From an uncultured archaeon (GTDB lineage: Archaea > Thermoplasmatota > Penumbrarchaeia > JASLWR01): DNA of 64,000 bases. Under the pieces are notes generated by a model. It did no database searches. It had not been told where the DNA came from and saw nothing but the letters and a program-made list of their open reading frames with translations. Position numbers and translations under genes: made by a program. The stretch is taken from positions 23,770-87,769 of the forward strand of contig CAYSHM010000004.1 of the NCBI GenBank assembly GCA_964430885.1, given 5' to 3'. Below, piece by piece: positions 1 to 9,300 of this stretch (positions are counted from its first letter, which is position 1; each line of letters opens with the position of its first letter).

Positions 1-413
1 TATTCCCATTCTGCTTCTGTTGGCAACCCATATAAAAAATTAGGATTTATAAAATTAAGTTCAGAAATAAAGGTTTGACATTCTTCCCAGGAAACTTCTT
101 CTACTGGATTATTATCTCCCTTGTTGCGGCTAGGATTGCTGCCCATGACTTTTCCCCATTGACCCTGGGTCACCTCGTACTTCAACATGTGGAAGCTATC
201 GGATATAGTTACCTGATGCCGAGGATGTTCGTCATCCTCTCCATTGGAATCTATACTTCCCATCATAAAAGTACCTGACGGAATATCGACCCATTGGAAG
301 TCCAGTTCATGAAAGGCGATCTTTTTTTCCTCATTATTATTCAAGCAACCAGCCAATAAATTACTACCTATGAATACAAGGCAAATCATTGAAATGATTT
401 CAATTTTATTCAC
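1..413 (-). CDS. FGE-sulfatase (SUMF1/formylglycine-generating-enzyme family) domain lipoprotein, N-terminal part only; gene runs off the left edge
   Basis: Absent from the supplied ORF track (no stop inside the window). My own translation of the minus strand from GTG at 413 (GGTGA 7 nt upstream; alternative ATG at 389) gives NKIEIISMICLVFIGSNLLAGCLNNNEEKKIAFHELDFQWVDIPSGTFMMGSIDSNGEDDEHPRHQVTISDSFHMLKYEVTQGQWGKVMGSNPSRNKGDNNPVEEVSWEECQTFISELN..YGLPTEAEWE. It has a signal peptide with an LAGC lipobox-like Cys, followed by the HP-H-V, Y-VT--QW, NPS, PVE-VSW and LPTEAEWE motif series typical of the FGE-sulfatase domain. Confidence 0.7.
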   Translation of the reverse strand, partial: MNKIEIISMICLVFIGSNLLAGCLNNNEEKKIAFHELDFQWVDIPSGTFMMGSIDSNGEDDEHPRHQVTISDSFHMLKYEVTQGQWGKVMGSNPSRNKGDNNPVEEVSWEECQTFISELNFINPNFLYGLPTEAEWE

Positions 414-726
414 TGTTTTTCACCTCACATTGTTCCCTCATTTAATTTGATGAAATCAATAAATTGTCTCCTTATGGTTCCAGTTACCTGCCGGGGCTTC
501 GTTAAAAATATTCATCTAATCATCCCACATCATACTGGTTGCTCCTCTGACGGTTTTATCAGATATTTTCTTTATCATGGTATCACTTAATTGATGGATT
601 TTTATCTATAATAAATTAACACTGTAATATCTGGCTTGCCTGTCAAACTATAAGTTACATAAGGTTTAAATCAGCGGTTGTACCTGTAGTTTCAATATAA
701 CAAATAATATCAACGGAGTTAATCAC

Positions 727-2160
727 ATGAGAAGCCCTGAGGATTACAAGGAGAGCCTCAAAAAGATGAGGCCTAACATATACAAGTTCGGAGAACTTAT
801 TGAGGATATCACAACCCATCCAGCCACAAAACGAACAATTGAGGGCCATTCCAGGCTCTTTGCAGCCGCTCTTGATCCTGAAACTTCCGAGATGTACACG
901 ACGACCTCATCCATTACTGGAAAGAAGGTCAACCGATATCTTTCCATCATCACTTCGCCCGAGGACATGTATGCTAACTGCAAGTTCAAGAGAAGATCAT
1001 TCAATATCACAGGTACATGCACCGGCGGGAGGTGCGTAGGATTCACGTCCATAAACGCTATGTTCGCTGCCACCTATGATATGGATGAAAAATTGGGAAC
1101 TGATTATCACCAACGTCTCTTCAAATGGCTCGAGAACGCCCAGAAAGGGGATATCACCTGTGCCGGGGCATTGACAGATCCCAAGGGCGACAGGACCAAA
1201 ACACCCCACCAGCAGGATGACCCGGATATGAGCCTCCACATTGTTGAGAAACGTGAGGACGGCATTGTGGTAAGGGGCGCAAAGGTTATGATATGCGGTG
1301 TTGCAGCTGCCAATGAGATTTTCGTTTTGCCAGGTACAGGTTACAAGGAAGAAGACGCGGATTATGCCGTTTCTTTTGTGGTGCCCAGAGATGTTGAGAA
1401 TCTCACCATCGTAGAGGCCCGGCATCCGTCGGATAAGAGATGCTATGAGGAAGGATTCGACAACCCCGTCGCCTGCGGAGGAATTACCCAAGCTTATCTT
1501 CTATTCGATAATGTCTTTATACCCAATGATCGTGTATTCATGGCCGGAGAATGGCAGTTTTCGCTTTCTGCAGTCCTTAACTTCATCACCGCTTACAGAT
1601 CAGCCATAGGAGGCTGTGTTGCAGGACAAGGCGATGTAATGCGGGGAGCCGCAGTTCTTATGGCCAGGATCAACGGTCTTAATGAAAAGACCTTCAATGA
1701 CAAACTTGTGCAGATGTCAATCAATAATGAGACCACCTTTGCAATGGGTATAGCCGCAGCTGCTTTAGGCCATGAACATCCTTCTGGTGCCTGGATATGC
1801 GACCCCCTCCTAGCCAATGTGAACAAGGTTCATGTCGGGACCCTACCCTACGAGACCAAGAGATTGGTCCAGGATATTGCAGGGGGAATAGCCGAAACCG
1901 GGTGTATTCCATCCTATGAGGATCTGGGAAATTCCGAATACGGTGAAAAGCTTAAAAAATATCTAAAGGCAGCTGGACCGGCTGAGGAACGAATCAAGAT
2001 AGCCCGGCTGATCGAATGGCTTACCATAGGTGAGGGGGTTCCAGGGTGCATGCATGGAGGGGGTTCGCCTGACGGAGCCAAACTTTTGATACGCTTCAAA
2101 GGCGGGCTCAAGGAACACATAGAATACGCCAAGAAGCTGGCCGGCATAACTGATTGGTGA
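727..2160 (+). CDS. abfD: 4-hydroxybutyryl-CoA dehydratase / vinylacetyl-CoA isomerase family protein (HpaB-like fold)
   Basis: 477-aa ORF, close to colinear with my recollection of Clostridium aminobutyricum AbfD: TDPKGDR, IVEKREDGIVVRGAK, DYAVSF, FDNVFIPNDR, HGGGSP. The Cys pair CTGGRC lies where the Fe-S ligands sit. Family membership is firm; the exact substrate is not. Confidence 0.85.
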   Translation: MRSPEDYKESLKKMRPNIYKFGELIEDITTHPATKRTIEGHSRLFAAALDPETSEMYTTTSSITGKKVNRYLSIITSPEDMYANCKFKRRSFNITGTCTGGRCVGFTSINAMFAATYDMDEKLGTDYHQRLFKWLENAQKGDITCAGALTDPKGDRTKTPHQQDDPDMSLHIVEKREDGIVVRGAKVMICGVAAANEIFVLPGTGYKEEDADYAVSFVVPRDVENLTIVEARHPSDKRCYEEGFDNPVACGGITQAYLLFDNVFIPNDRVFMAGEWQFSLSAVLNFITAYRSAIGGCVAGQGDVMRGAAVLMARINGLNEKTFNDKLVQMSINNETTFAMGIAAAALGHEHPSGAWICDPLLANVNKVHVGTLPYETKRLVQDIAGGIAETGCIPSYEDLGNSEYGEKLKKYLKAAGPAEERIKIARLIEWLTIGEGVPGCMHGGGSPDGAKLLIRFKGGLKEHIEYAKKLAGITDW

Positions 2161-2474
2161 GTATCTTTATGAATGAAGTTGGATTTGAAGAGCAGTCCAT
2201 TCGTACAGATGGAGAATCACTTTTTTAGCAACGTAATTGTGATAAGGCTATTCCAATACTACTGAACAATTTCCTGAACCAGAACTTCCCTGGTGGAAAA
2301 AGGGTGATGCACTATGGAGACTGGATAGATTGGATGAAGCTCACCAATAAGATCGGAAGCATGATGAACGGAGTTCTCATTTTTACATGAGGGGCCGCCG
2401 ACGGCGAAAGGATTTCCATTAGCTAGGAATCCGTTGCCGTGCAGAGATAATATTACACAAGTCGAGGAAGCTGG

Positions 2475-4127
2475 TTGAGAATGATATGTGAGGACTACAA
2501 AGGTGGCACTGTTGCAGGCAGTTACTTTGATCTTGAGACTGCCCTTAAGGATCCAGAAAATGTACTGTCCCTTGATTGTGAGCCGGATGAAATCTCCGGT
2601 CTTCCCCCCATGACAGACCTCCCCCCCGCCATCGGGCAGATGACTAACCTGGAGAATCTAGATCTGAGCGGACATCATCTGACCGATCTTCCTGAGGAAA
2701 TTGGCAGTCTGAAAAACCTTCATTCTCTGGTGCTTGAGGACAACCGCTTTTCGACCGTTCCGGATATTGTATTCCACCTCTCTTCTCTTCGGGTGTTGAG
2801 CCTGCGCCGTCTTCGTATTTCGAGCATACCTCCGGCGATCAAGAGATTATCAAATCTGGAGACACTGATCCTCTCCGGGACCGGATTGACGTCTTTGCCC
2901 GAGAAATTGACCTGCCTTGAGAATCTTCGAGAGCTGGATCTGGGTTTCAATAAATTCAGAGCAGTACCCCCGCAGATATTTCAATTACCCGCTCTTACAA
3001 AACTTGAACTTTCCGGGATGGATCTTCAAAACCTCTCGCAGGATATCGACGGCCTGGCCCGTCTCAGGGACCTTATTCTATTCGGTAATCGCCTAAAAAG
3101 CCTTCCAATTCAACTCTGTAACCTGAAAGACCTTCGTACCCTGGACCTTGAAAATAATCTTCTCTCTATGATCCCCCCTGAAATAGGGAATCTCTCGAAA
3201 TTGACCGAATTGAACCTTGCGCGTAACAAACTCTCAGATCTCCCGGACTCTTTCAGTGAGTTGACCAACCTGAAAAAGCTGGATATTTCTCACAATGAGC
3301 TAACCGATCTGCCGGATCTCTCCCGTCTGCTGGACCTGGTCCATCTGGATATGAGGGGGAACAAACTAAAAGAATTGCCTCCCGGCATCGGAAATGCAAC
3401 CAAACTTCCGGAACTTTTGGCTGAAGGCAATCCGCTTGAGAGACTCTCCGCCGAGATCGGAGGTATGGTTGGTCTCAGTGAACTGCGTCTTGAGAAACTC
3501 CCGCTGCATTCCCTGCCACCGGAGATCGGGCGGCTGCGTGGGCTCCGTCAATTGAGGTGTTCGGACTGCTGCATTTCTCACCTTCCCGCGGAGATAGGAC
3601 AGCTTGAAGAGCTTTACTCGCTTTTTATTGTAAATACACTTATTGAAGTTCTGCCCGCGGATATCGGCAGACTGAAAAAATTGGTGCATCTCACCCTGTC
3701 ATCCAACCGACTAGCAACTCTCCCAGAAGAGATCGGTGAACTAACCGCTCTTCATTCTCTGCTCATTTCGAACAATCCTCTCGAAAAGATACCCCGCGAG
3801 CTGGGACACATGAATTCGTTGACGGATCTCAGGCTTTCCGGAACCAATTTGAGTTCTCTTCCCGAAGAGCTTGCCCACTTGGATAATCTAAGAAGTCTAT
3901 GGCTTGACAGATTACCCCTGAAGGACCTGGCAGGAGCACTGGGAACCATTGGCGAACTTCCCCGTTTGGAAACCCTGAAATTAAGGGGGAACGGGCTTGA
4001 AACACTCCCCGAGGAGATGATGAATGTTTCGGGCCTGCGATACCTGTTCCTGAACGATAATTCCTTTTCTTCCGACGAGGTACGGAATATTCGATTGATG
4101 CTGCCTGGGGTTCATATCTATTTTTAA
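2475..4127 (+). CDS. Cytoplasmic leucine-rich-repeat protein (21 tandem 23-residue LRRs, SHOC2/Roco-type consensus)
   Basis: After a roughly 50-aa cap there are 21 consecutive units matching LP--IG-L--L--L-L--N-L-- (for example LPEEIGSLKNLHSLVLEDNRFST, LPEEIGELTALHSLLISNNPLEK). No signal peptide and no additional domain. The track start is TTG 2475; the first ATG is at 2481. Confidence 0.85.
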   Translation: MRMICEDYKGGTVAGSYFDLETALKDPENVLSLDCEPDEISGLPPMTDLPPAIGQMTNLENLDLSGHHLTDLPEEIGSLKNLHSLVLEDNRFSTVPDIVFHLSSLRVLSLRRLRISSIPPAIKRLSNLETLILSGTGLTSLPEKLTCLENLRELDLGFNKFRAVPPQIFQLPALTKLELSGMDLQNLSQDIDGLARLRDLILFGNRLKSLPIQLCNLKDLRTLDLENNLLSMIPPEIGNLSKLTELNLARNKLSDLPDSFSELTNLKKLDISHNELTDLPDLSRLLDLVHLDMRGNKLKELPPGIGNATKLPELLAEGNPLERLSAEIGGMVGLSELRLEKLPLHSLPPEIGRLRGLRQLRCSDCCISHLPAEIGQLEELYSLFIVNTLIEVLPADIGRLKKLVHLTLSSNRLATLPEEIGELTALHSLLISNNPLEKIPRELGHMNSLTDLRLSGTNLSSLPEELAHLDNLRSLWLDRLPLKDLAGALGTIGELPRLETLKLRGNGLETLPEEMMNVSGLRYLFLNDNSFSSDEVRNIRLMLPGVHIYF

Positions 4128-4253
4128 GATTCCTTCTCCCCCTCGTTTTTAATAAAGTTCCAGTTTTTGATTATGTTTTGATAAAGGCAATCGTTATATC
4201 TCAAAAGTTTCCTATCATCATAATCCATGGTTCATGGCCAGGGAGGGATGTGA

Positions 4254-4592
4254 ATGTTCGAAGAAGCAGAGTTAGAAGAGATAGTAAATAAAATAATTGC
4301 GCAGGATGAAAATCTGGGCGATCAGGCGGGAAGCAGCGGCCATCTTGGCAATGTCAGTTGTGAGATCAAAGAGATAGGCACAGCGAAGAAAGTGGAATCG
4401 GACAATGGTGACAAATGGGAGATCACCTATACCTATACTATCGTGGTCGTGACCGAATTCACCATCTATCCGGACAATCCACCTCACGAGAACACCTATC
4501 GAAAGAAGATCATCATCGATGAAAAAGGAGAACTGATTTCCGAATCTCCAAGAGAATTTATCGCCTCGGATATGCCCATTTACGAGCTTTGA
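4254..4592 (+). CDS. Hypothetical small acidic protein
   Basis: 112-aa ORF with no motif I recognise. Its TGA stop overlaps the TTG start of the next ORF (TTGA at 4589-4592), and it lies on the same strand as its neighbours. Confidence 0.4.
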   Translation: MFEEAELEEIVNKIIAQDENLGDQAGSSGHLGNVSCEIKEIGTAKKVESDNGDKWEITYTYTIVVVTEFTIYPDNPPHENTYRKKIIIDEKGELISESPREFIASDMPIYEL

Positions 4593-5719
4593 GCTTCAAG
4601 GAACGGGAGATGGAACTTGAGGTGATGATATTGAGACTGAAACATTTGTTTTTGATTATTATTCTGGTCCTGGCCGTTTTTATTACAGGATGCATTGGTG
4701 GTAATAACGAGGATAAGGACCCTGTTACTGATGTTAACAATGGAAATGGGGAAAACAACGGACTTGATTCTTTTGAATATCTTAACCTATCCATGAATGA
4801 ACTTTTAGAAAATCCAGAAGGTTACCTGGGAAAGCCAGTAGAGATAACTGATGCAATGGTTACTGCACGGCTCACAGGCAATAGATATATAATAAACGAC
4901 AACACAACTAATTATTCGATAATTCTTTCATATACATTAGCTGGTGAAATGTTCCAGATTGAAAACATACTTCATGTTAAGGGCATATTTGAGCAGCACC
5001 ACCAGGGTTATTGGCAAGTTAGGGTCAGAAACATAACCACAGATACAGCTAATTACATGGGAACCTGGACTACTGGAGCTTTGCACCAGGTTTCAAATAT
5101 GTGCTCATTGTTTGAAGCTATGGGTTTGACTTCTCAGCAGTTCATTGAGCAGCTTCAAGCAGCTTTCGGAGAAACAGGAATGAACAACAATGGTCAGTCC
5201 ACTTTTATTGATGAGGATATTGGTACAATTGTTCTATCCAATTTGGTAGGCGTTTCAATCGAGGAAGGAGATACAGTGGAGGCTCGAGGAATACTCAGAT
5301 ACAATCCAAAGGGTGATTACTGGGATATGGAAATAAGGAACGATACCGGCGATTATATCAAGATAGTATCTAAAGCTCCGTTTTTAAATTATACAATCGT
5401 AGTTTTAACAGACCTTTTATCTGATGCAGATACTTTTAATGGTTCGAATGTAGAGATTTTCAACGTAAGCATTCTAAAAATTGAACAGATACAAGGCGGA
5501 TTGAAGCTTAATATCACTGATACGTCCTCTGCAGATGATCTGATACTTTTAATTCCTGAAGGTACAGATTCACCCAATGATCTATCTGAAAACGATACGG
5601 TCAATATCAGGGGACATTTCAGGAATGACCAAGGCGGTTGGCACATATATATTAGAGACAATGAAGTGGATTGGGTTAAAAAAAACTTTCAAACAGAAAT
5701 CATTCTAATTAATGAATAG
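4589..5719 (+). CDS. Putative secreted lipoprotein with three internal ~100-aa repeats
   Basis: Signal peptide LKHLFLIIILVLAVFITGCIGG (lipobox-like Cys). Three related modules end in HVKGIFEQHHQGYWQVRVRNITTD, VEARGILRYNPKGDYWDMEIRNDTGD and VNIRGHFRNDQGGWHIYIRDNEVD. The real start is more likely ATG 4610 or 4625. Confidence 0.6.
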   Translation: MSFKEREMELEVMILRLKHLFLIIILVLAVFITGCIGGNNEDKDPVTDVNNGNGENNGLDSFEYLNLSMNELLENPEGYLGKPVEITDAMVTARLTGNRYIINDNTTNYSIILSYTLAGEMFQIENILHVKGIFEQHHQGYWQVRVRNITTDTANYMGTWTTGALHQVSNMCSLFEAMGLTSQQFIEQLQAAFGETGMNNNGQSTFIDEDIGTIVLSNLVGVSIEEGDTVEARGILRYNPKGDYWDMEIRNDTGDYIKIVSKAPFLNYTIVVLTDLLSDADTFNGSNVEIFNVSILKIEQIQGGLKLNITDTSSADDLILLIPEGTDSPNDLSENDTVNIRGHFRNDQGGWHIYIRDNEVDWVKKNFQTEIILINE

Positions 5720-5743
5720 GCGGTTGAATGATTTTTTATTGGT

Positions 5744-6289
5744 TTAGGGCAATAGGATTAGCAATTTATTTTTAATATGTTTCGCCCATTCTTTGGCTTT
5801 CAGGATCTCTTTTTTCTTGTCACCGCGGGTTAGGTTCCAGAAATCCTTTTTTCCAATAATTATGTTTCCCTTTGACACCTGATCCGCCATCTTGTTCAGT
5901 GTTTTCCTCGGTCCTCCTTCGTGAGTGCAGAAAAGAGCAATTTTTTTTCCTTTCAGGGGGATTTCACCGAAAAAAGTTCTCAATGGAGGTGTGAACGTAT
6001 ATGCCCAGACAGGTGTTCCTATCACAAGAACATCATAATCCAGCGGATTTTTCTTTAAAGGCTTTAGTTCGGGTTTCTTTTTTAACACAACCTGTCTTCC
6101 GCCCCATAGAAATTTAGTGAATCCTTTGGAAGTCATTTCCTTTACCGGTTTTAGAAATAGTACATCAGCATTAAGTTTGTTTGCAATGACCTTTGCTATT
6201 TGTTCAGTGTTTCCTTCGTATGAGTAATAGATTACTAGTATGCTAAAGGTATTTTCTCTTTCCTTTTCCACCATGGGATTCACATCCAT
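5744..6289 (-). CDS. Flavodoxin-family protein
   Basis: The N-terminal ILVIYYSYEGNTEQIAKVIA FMN-phosphate loop, VLVIGTPVW and the length (about 180 aa) fit the flavodoxin-like fold. Confidence 0.75.
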   Translation of the reverse strand: MDVNPMVEKERENTFSILVIYYSYEGNTEQIAKVIANKLNADVLFLKPVKEMTSKGFTKFLWGGRQVVLKKKPELKPLKKNPLDYDVLVIGTPVWAYTFTPPLRTFFGEIPLKGKKIALFCTHEGGPRKTLNKMADQVSKGNIIIGKKDFWNLTRGDKKKEILKAKEWAKHIKNKLLILLP

Positions 6290-6305
6290 AATTTAAACAA
6301 CATTC

Positions 6306-9300
6306 TTATTCCAAAACCCATTCTTCATACTTGCTCCAATCCTCCTCCTCGATATCATCAGCTCCTTCGTCCGATAGATCTGAATCCCAAATATCGACAT
6401 CATCCCAGCTCTCCTCATTTCTGTTTTCATCTTTCCTGTCACTTTCAACACTGAAGAACGGGACATCATCGCTCTCATTTACTTCCTCCGCCTCTTCATC
6501 TCTTTCAAGATCCTTATCTTTCTTTTTTCTCTTTCCGGCGGCACCCTTTTTCCTACTCGATCCTTTCTTGGATCCTGCAGTTTTCTCAGCCTTCCCACTT
6601 CTATCTTTCTTGGGGGTTTTCGATTTATAGTTATCCGCCTTCTTCTTCTCCCCGTCTGCCTCATCTTCCTTCCTTCTTTTTCTGGCAACCAATAAAGCTA
6701 CAACAATAATAAAGATGATAAGTGCCAGACCCAGAGCTAGCCACAGGGTATTACTGCCTTTCATGTTCAATTGAGGTAAGATCCCATCTTCGCTTCCACC
6801 TTTATTTTTGTCATCATCACCTCCAGTTCCGTTTGGATTACCGGGCCCTTCACCATTTCCGTCGTCATCGTTATCATCGTCGCCAATGACCTTCGGCAGT
6901 ATATTAACCATGATGGTGGTGGAGTTCCACCCGCCGAATAAGTCTGTAACATTCAGGGTCAGGCTGTGTTGTCCAACGGTCAGATTGAGAAGTATGTTCG
7001 TATCGCTTTCAATATATTCCCTGTCAACGTACCAGTTGAAGCTTAAAATGTCGCCGTGGATTAGGTCTGGATCGTCACCCTTCCCTGCAGCAGTGAATGG
7101 AGTGCCTTCGGTGTGTTCGGTCTTAGCTACTATCTCCACATCATGCGGGATATCGTTGGTATTGTTCACCTTTATAATAAAATATACCCAGTCCTTTCCG
7201 CCTTTTCCGTCCTCTAATGTGACATTTACGGTCCAGTTGCCTACATGGTAGTTGTTCGGCGTCCCGCTTAAAAGTCCAGTATCCCTGTCGAATTTGAGGA
7301 AGGGAGCATTGGTATAGCAGGTCCAGACCAAGGTATCATTTACTGGATCGACGTCAAAACCTTTGAAAACTGCATTGTAGAGTTCTTCCTCCTGACAAAA
7401 TGTATCCGGAACCGTCTCGATAACAGGATCGTCGTTCTCATTCATCACCTCAAGGCTGAAGTTCTGCCAATCGGTTCCGTTGTTTCCATCGTTTACAGTG
7501 ATGTTCACCCACCATATTCCCACATCTTTGTTCTCGGGCGAGCAAGTGAGGTTTCCAGTGGTAGCATTCATTTCAATGAACTCAGCCTTGGTGTGCAGTT
7601 TCCATGTCAGAGTATCGTTGGTTGGGTCCATGTCTTCAGCTTCATAGACGTGATAGAAATCCAGATCCTCCCGCAGTATATACGGCACATATTCAATGAT
7701 TTCCGGAGCGTCATTGTCATTCAGGACAATTATCTGTAGATCAAGAAAGTCGGATCCTTGAGAGTTCTCGATGCTTATGTTCACCGTCCAATTCCCGACA
7801 TGCTGGTTTAGAGGTTCGCCGACGAGTGTTCCATTGGTATGGAGGGTGAGGAAAGTAGCATTTGTCTCCATTGCCCATACAACGGGTTCATTCGTGTTCC
7901 TCGCGGACAAGTTGAGCTGATAGTATTCGTCCTCTTCAGCCTCCAGGCCCCCCTCCCTTGCCAGAAGGGGAATGCCCCACGGTCCCACAAGGGGATTGTT
8001 ATCCATGCAGCCGGCACTTCCGCCTATGGCATAGGGCGAGTCGCATATGCCGTTTTGGTCTTCATCAATGATATTATTATCACTCCAGTAGTTCCCGCTG
8101 TCGCCGTTGTCGAATCGATTCCCGTATCCGTCATCTCGTGCTTGTTCGCCAGATCTGGTTTGACTGTTGTTGAGGAAATTATTGTGGACTATCAGATTCC
8201 CTGTTCCGTCTAGGACCTTAAGGCCGCATTTTCTGTTGTTGCGGTATTCGTTATCTGTAAGATAATTATTATTTCCGGAAATGATAGTACCTATTGTGTT
8301 ATTGGAGAATGTTGAATTGGAGATGGAGCAGCCATTGGAATTGTAAAGGACTACTGGCGACCATAATCCCCCTCCAGTAAAATCCGATATGGTGGAATTT
8401 GTGCAGTTTACCAGAACTAACTGTCCATAATCTTCTCTCAGCATGATTTCTGTGTAATTTACAGCGTACTTGAGCTTACCGCCTTGGACCGTATTGGAGG
8501 AATCTATAGTATGAGAATTCCAGTTTTGATCATGTTCTCCATGGATCCTAATCCCGCTTTCAAAGTGGTTGTCGTAAACAGTAGCATCCCTTACTTCGGA
8601 TAACAAAACGGAACCTGCACACTGGCGGATAACGCAGTTCTGCACTCTAACCCCGTCCCCGTAAACAGCGATCCCTGGAGCCCTGTTCACCTTGTTACCT
8701 GTAATGTTGATGCCCGAAATATAACAGTTATCAGCATTGACAATGATTGCAGGCATTTCATTTTTGAAGGTGGTCAATATGGTTGGGTCGTTGTGTACAG
8801 CAGTTAGAATTACGCTTTTATTGAGGTAGATTGTCTCAGTGTAGTTTCCAGGGGATAGAAAGACAGTTCCGCCTTTCTTGACCCTGTGAACAGCTCTGGC
8901 AGGATCAGCAAAGCTTGTCCATCCGAAACCCGGGGTGTCGGTACCATAATCGTCATCCACATACACCATATCAGGTTCAAAAAGTATCAGGGACGGGTCT
9001 CCCAGTATGACCATTCCGTAATACCAGCTGATATCGTTATATCCGCCAGGATCATCGGAATAAGGATACTGGACCTCGAACCATTCCCTAAGTGCCTCGC
9101 CGAATGAATTGCCTCTTCCTAGCGAATCATAGAACCATGAAAAACCAAGCATTGATCCCGTTTTTGTGCTCCCCAAAGATATTAGGGAATCGGTCCCGGT
9201 ATTCATTACATAGGCATGACCCAGACAGTTATTGCTGGTGAATCTTGCCCCAGAACAGCAGAATAGGTTATAGAATAGCGCTTCAGGAGGAGCTGCCCGA

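Noticed and set aside
75-278. 67-aa + strand ORF at the left edge
   Set aside because: It is the shadow frame of the minus-strand FGE-sulfatase-domain gene (1-413), whose translation shows the full family motif series.
2161-2474. Short ORFs of about 19 and 31 codons between abfD and the LRR gene
   Set aside because: They are too short, have no SD-like signal and no recognisable motif, and cannot be supported from sequence alone.
6331-7251. Ser/Phe/Leu-rich + strand ORFs (99 and 147 aa) inside the 1341-aa gene; similar ones occur at 27686-28105 and 59638-59940
   Set aside because: They are antisense to the acidic or Lys-rich low-complexity tails and linkers of the giant genes. This is a compositional artefact.
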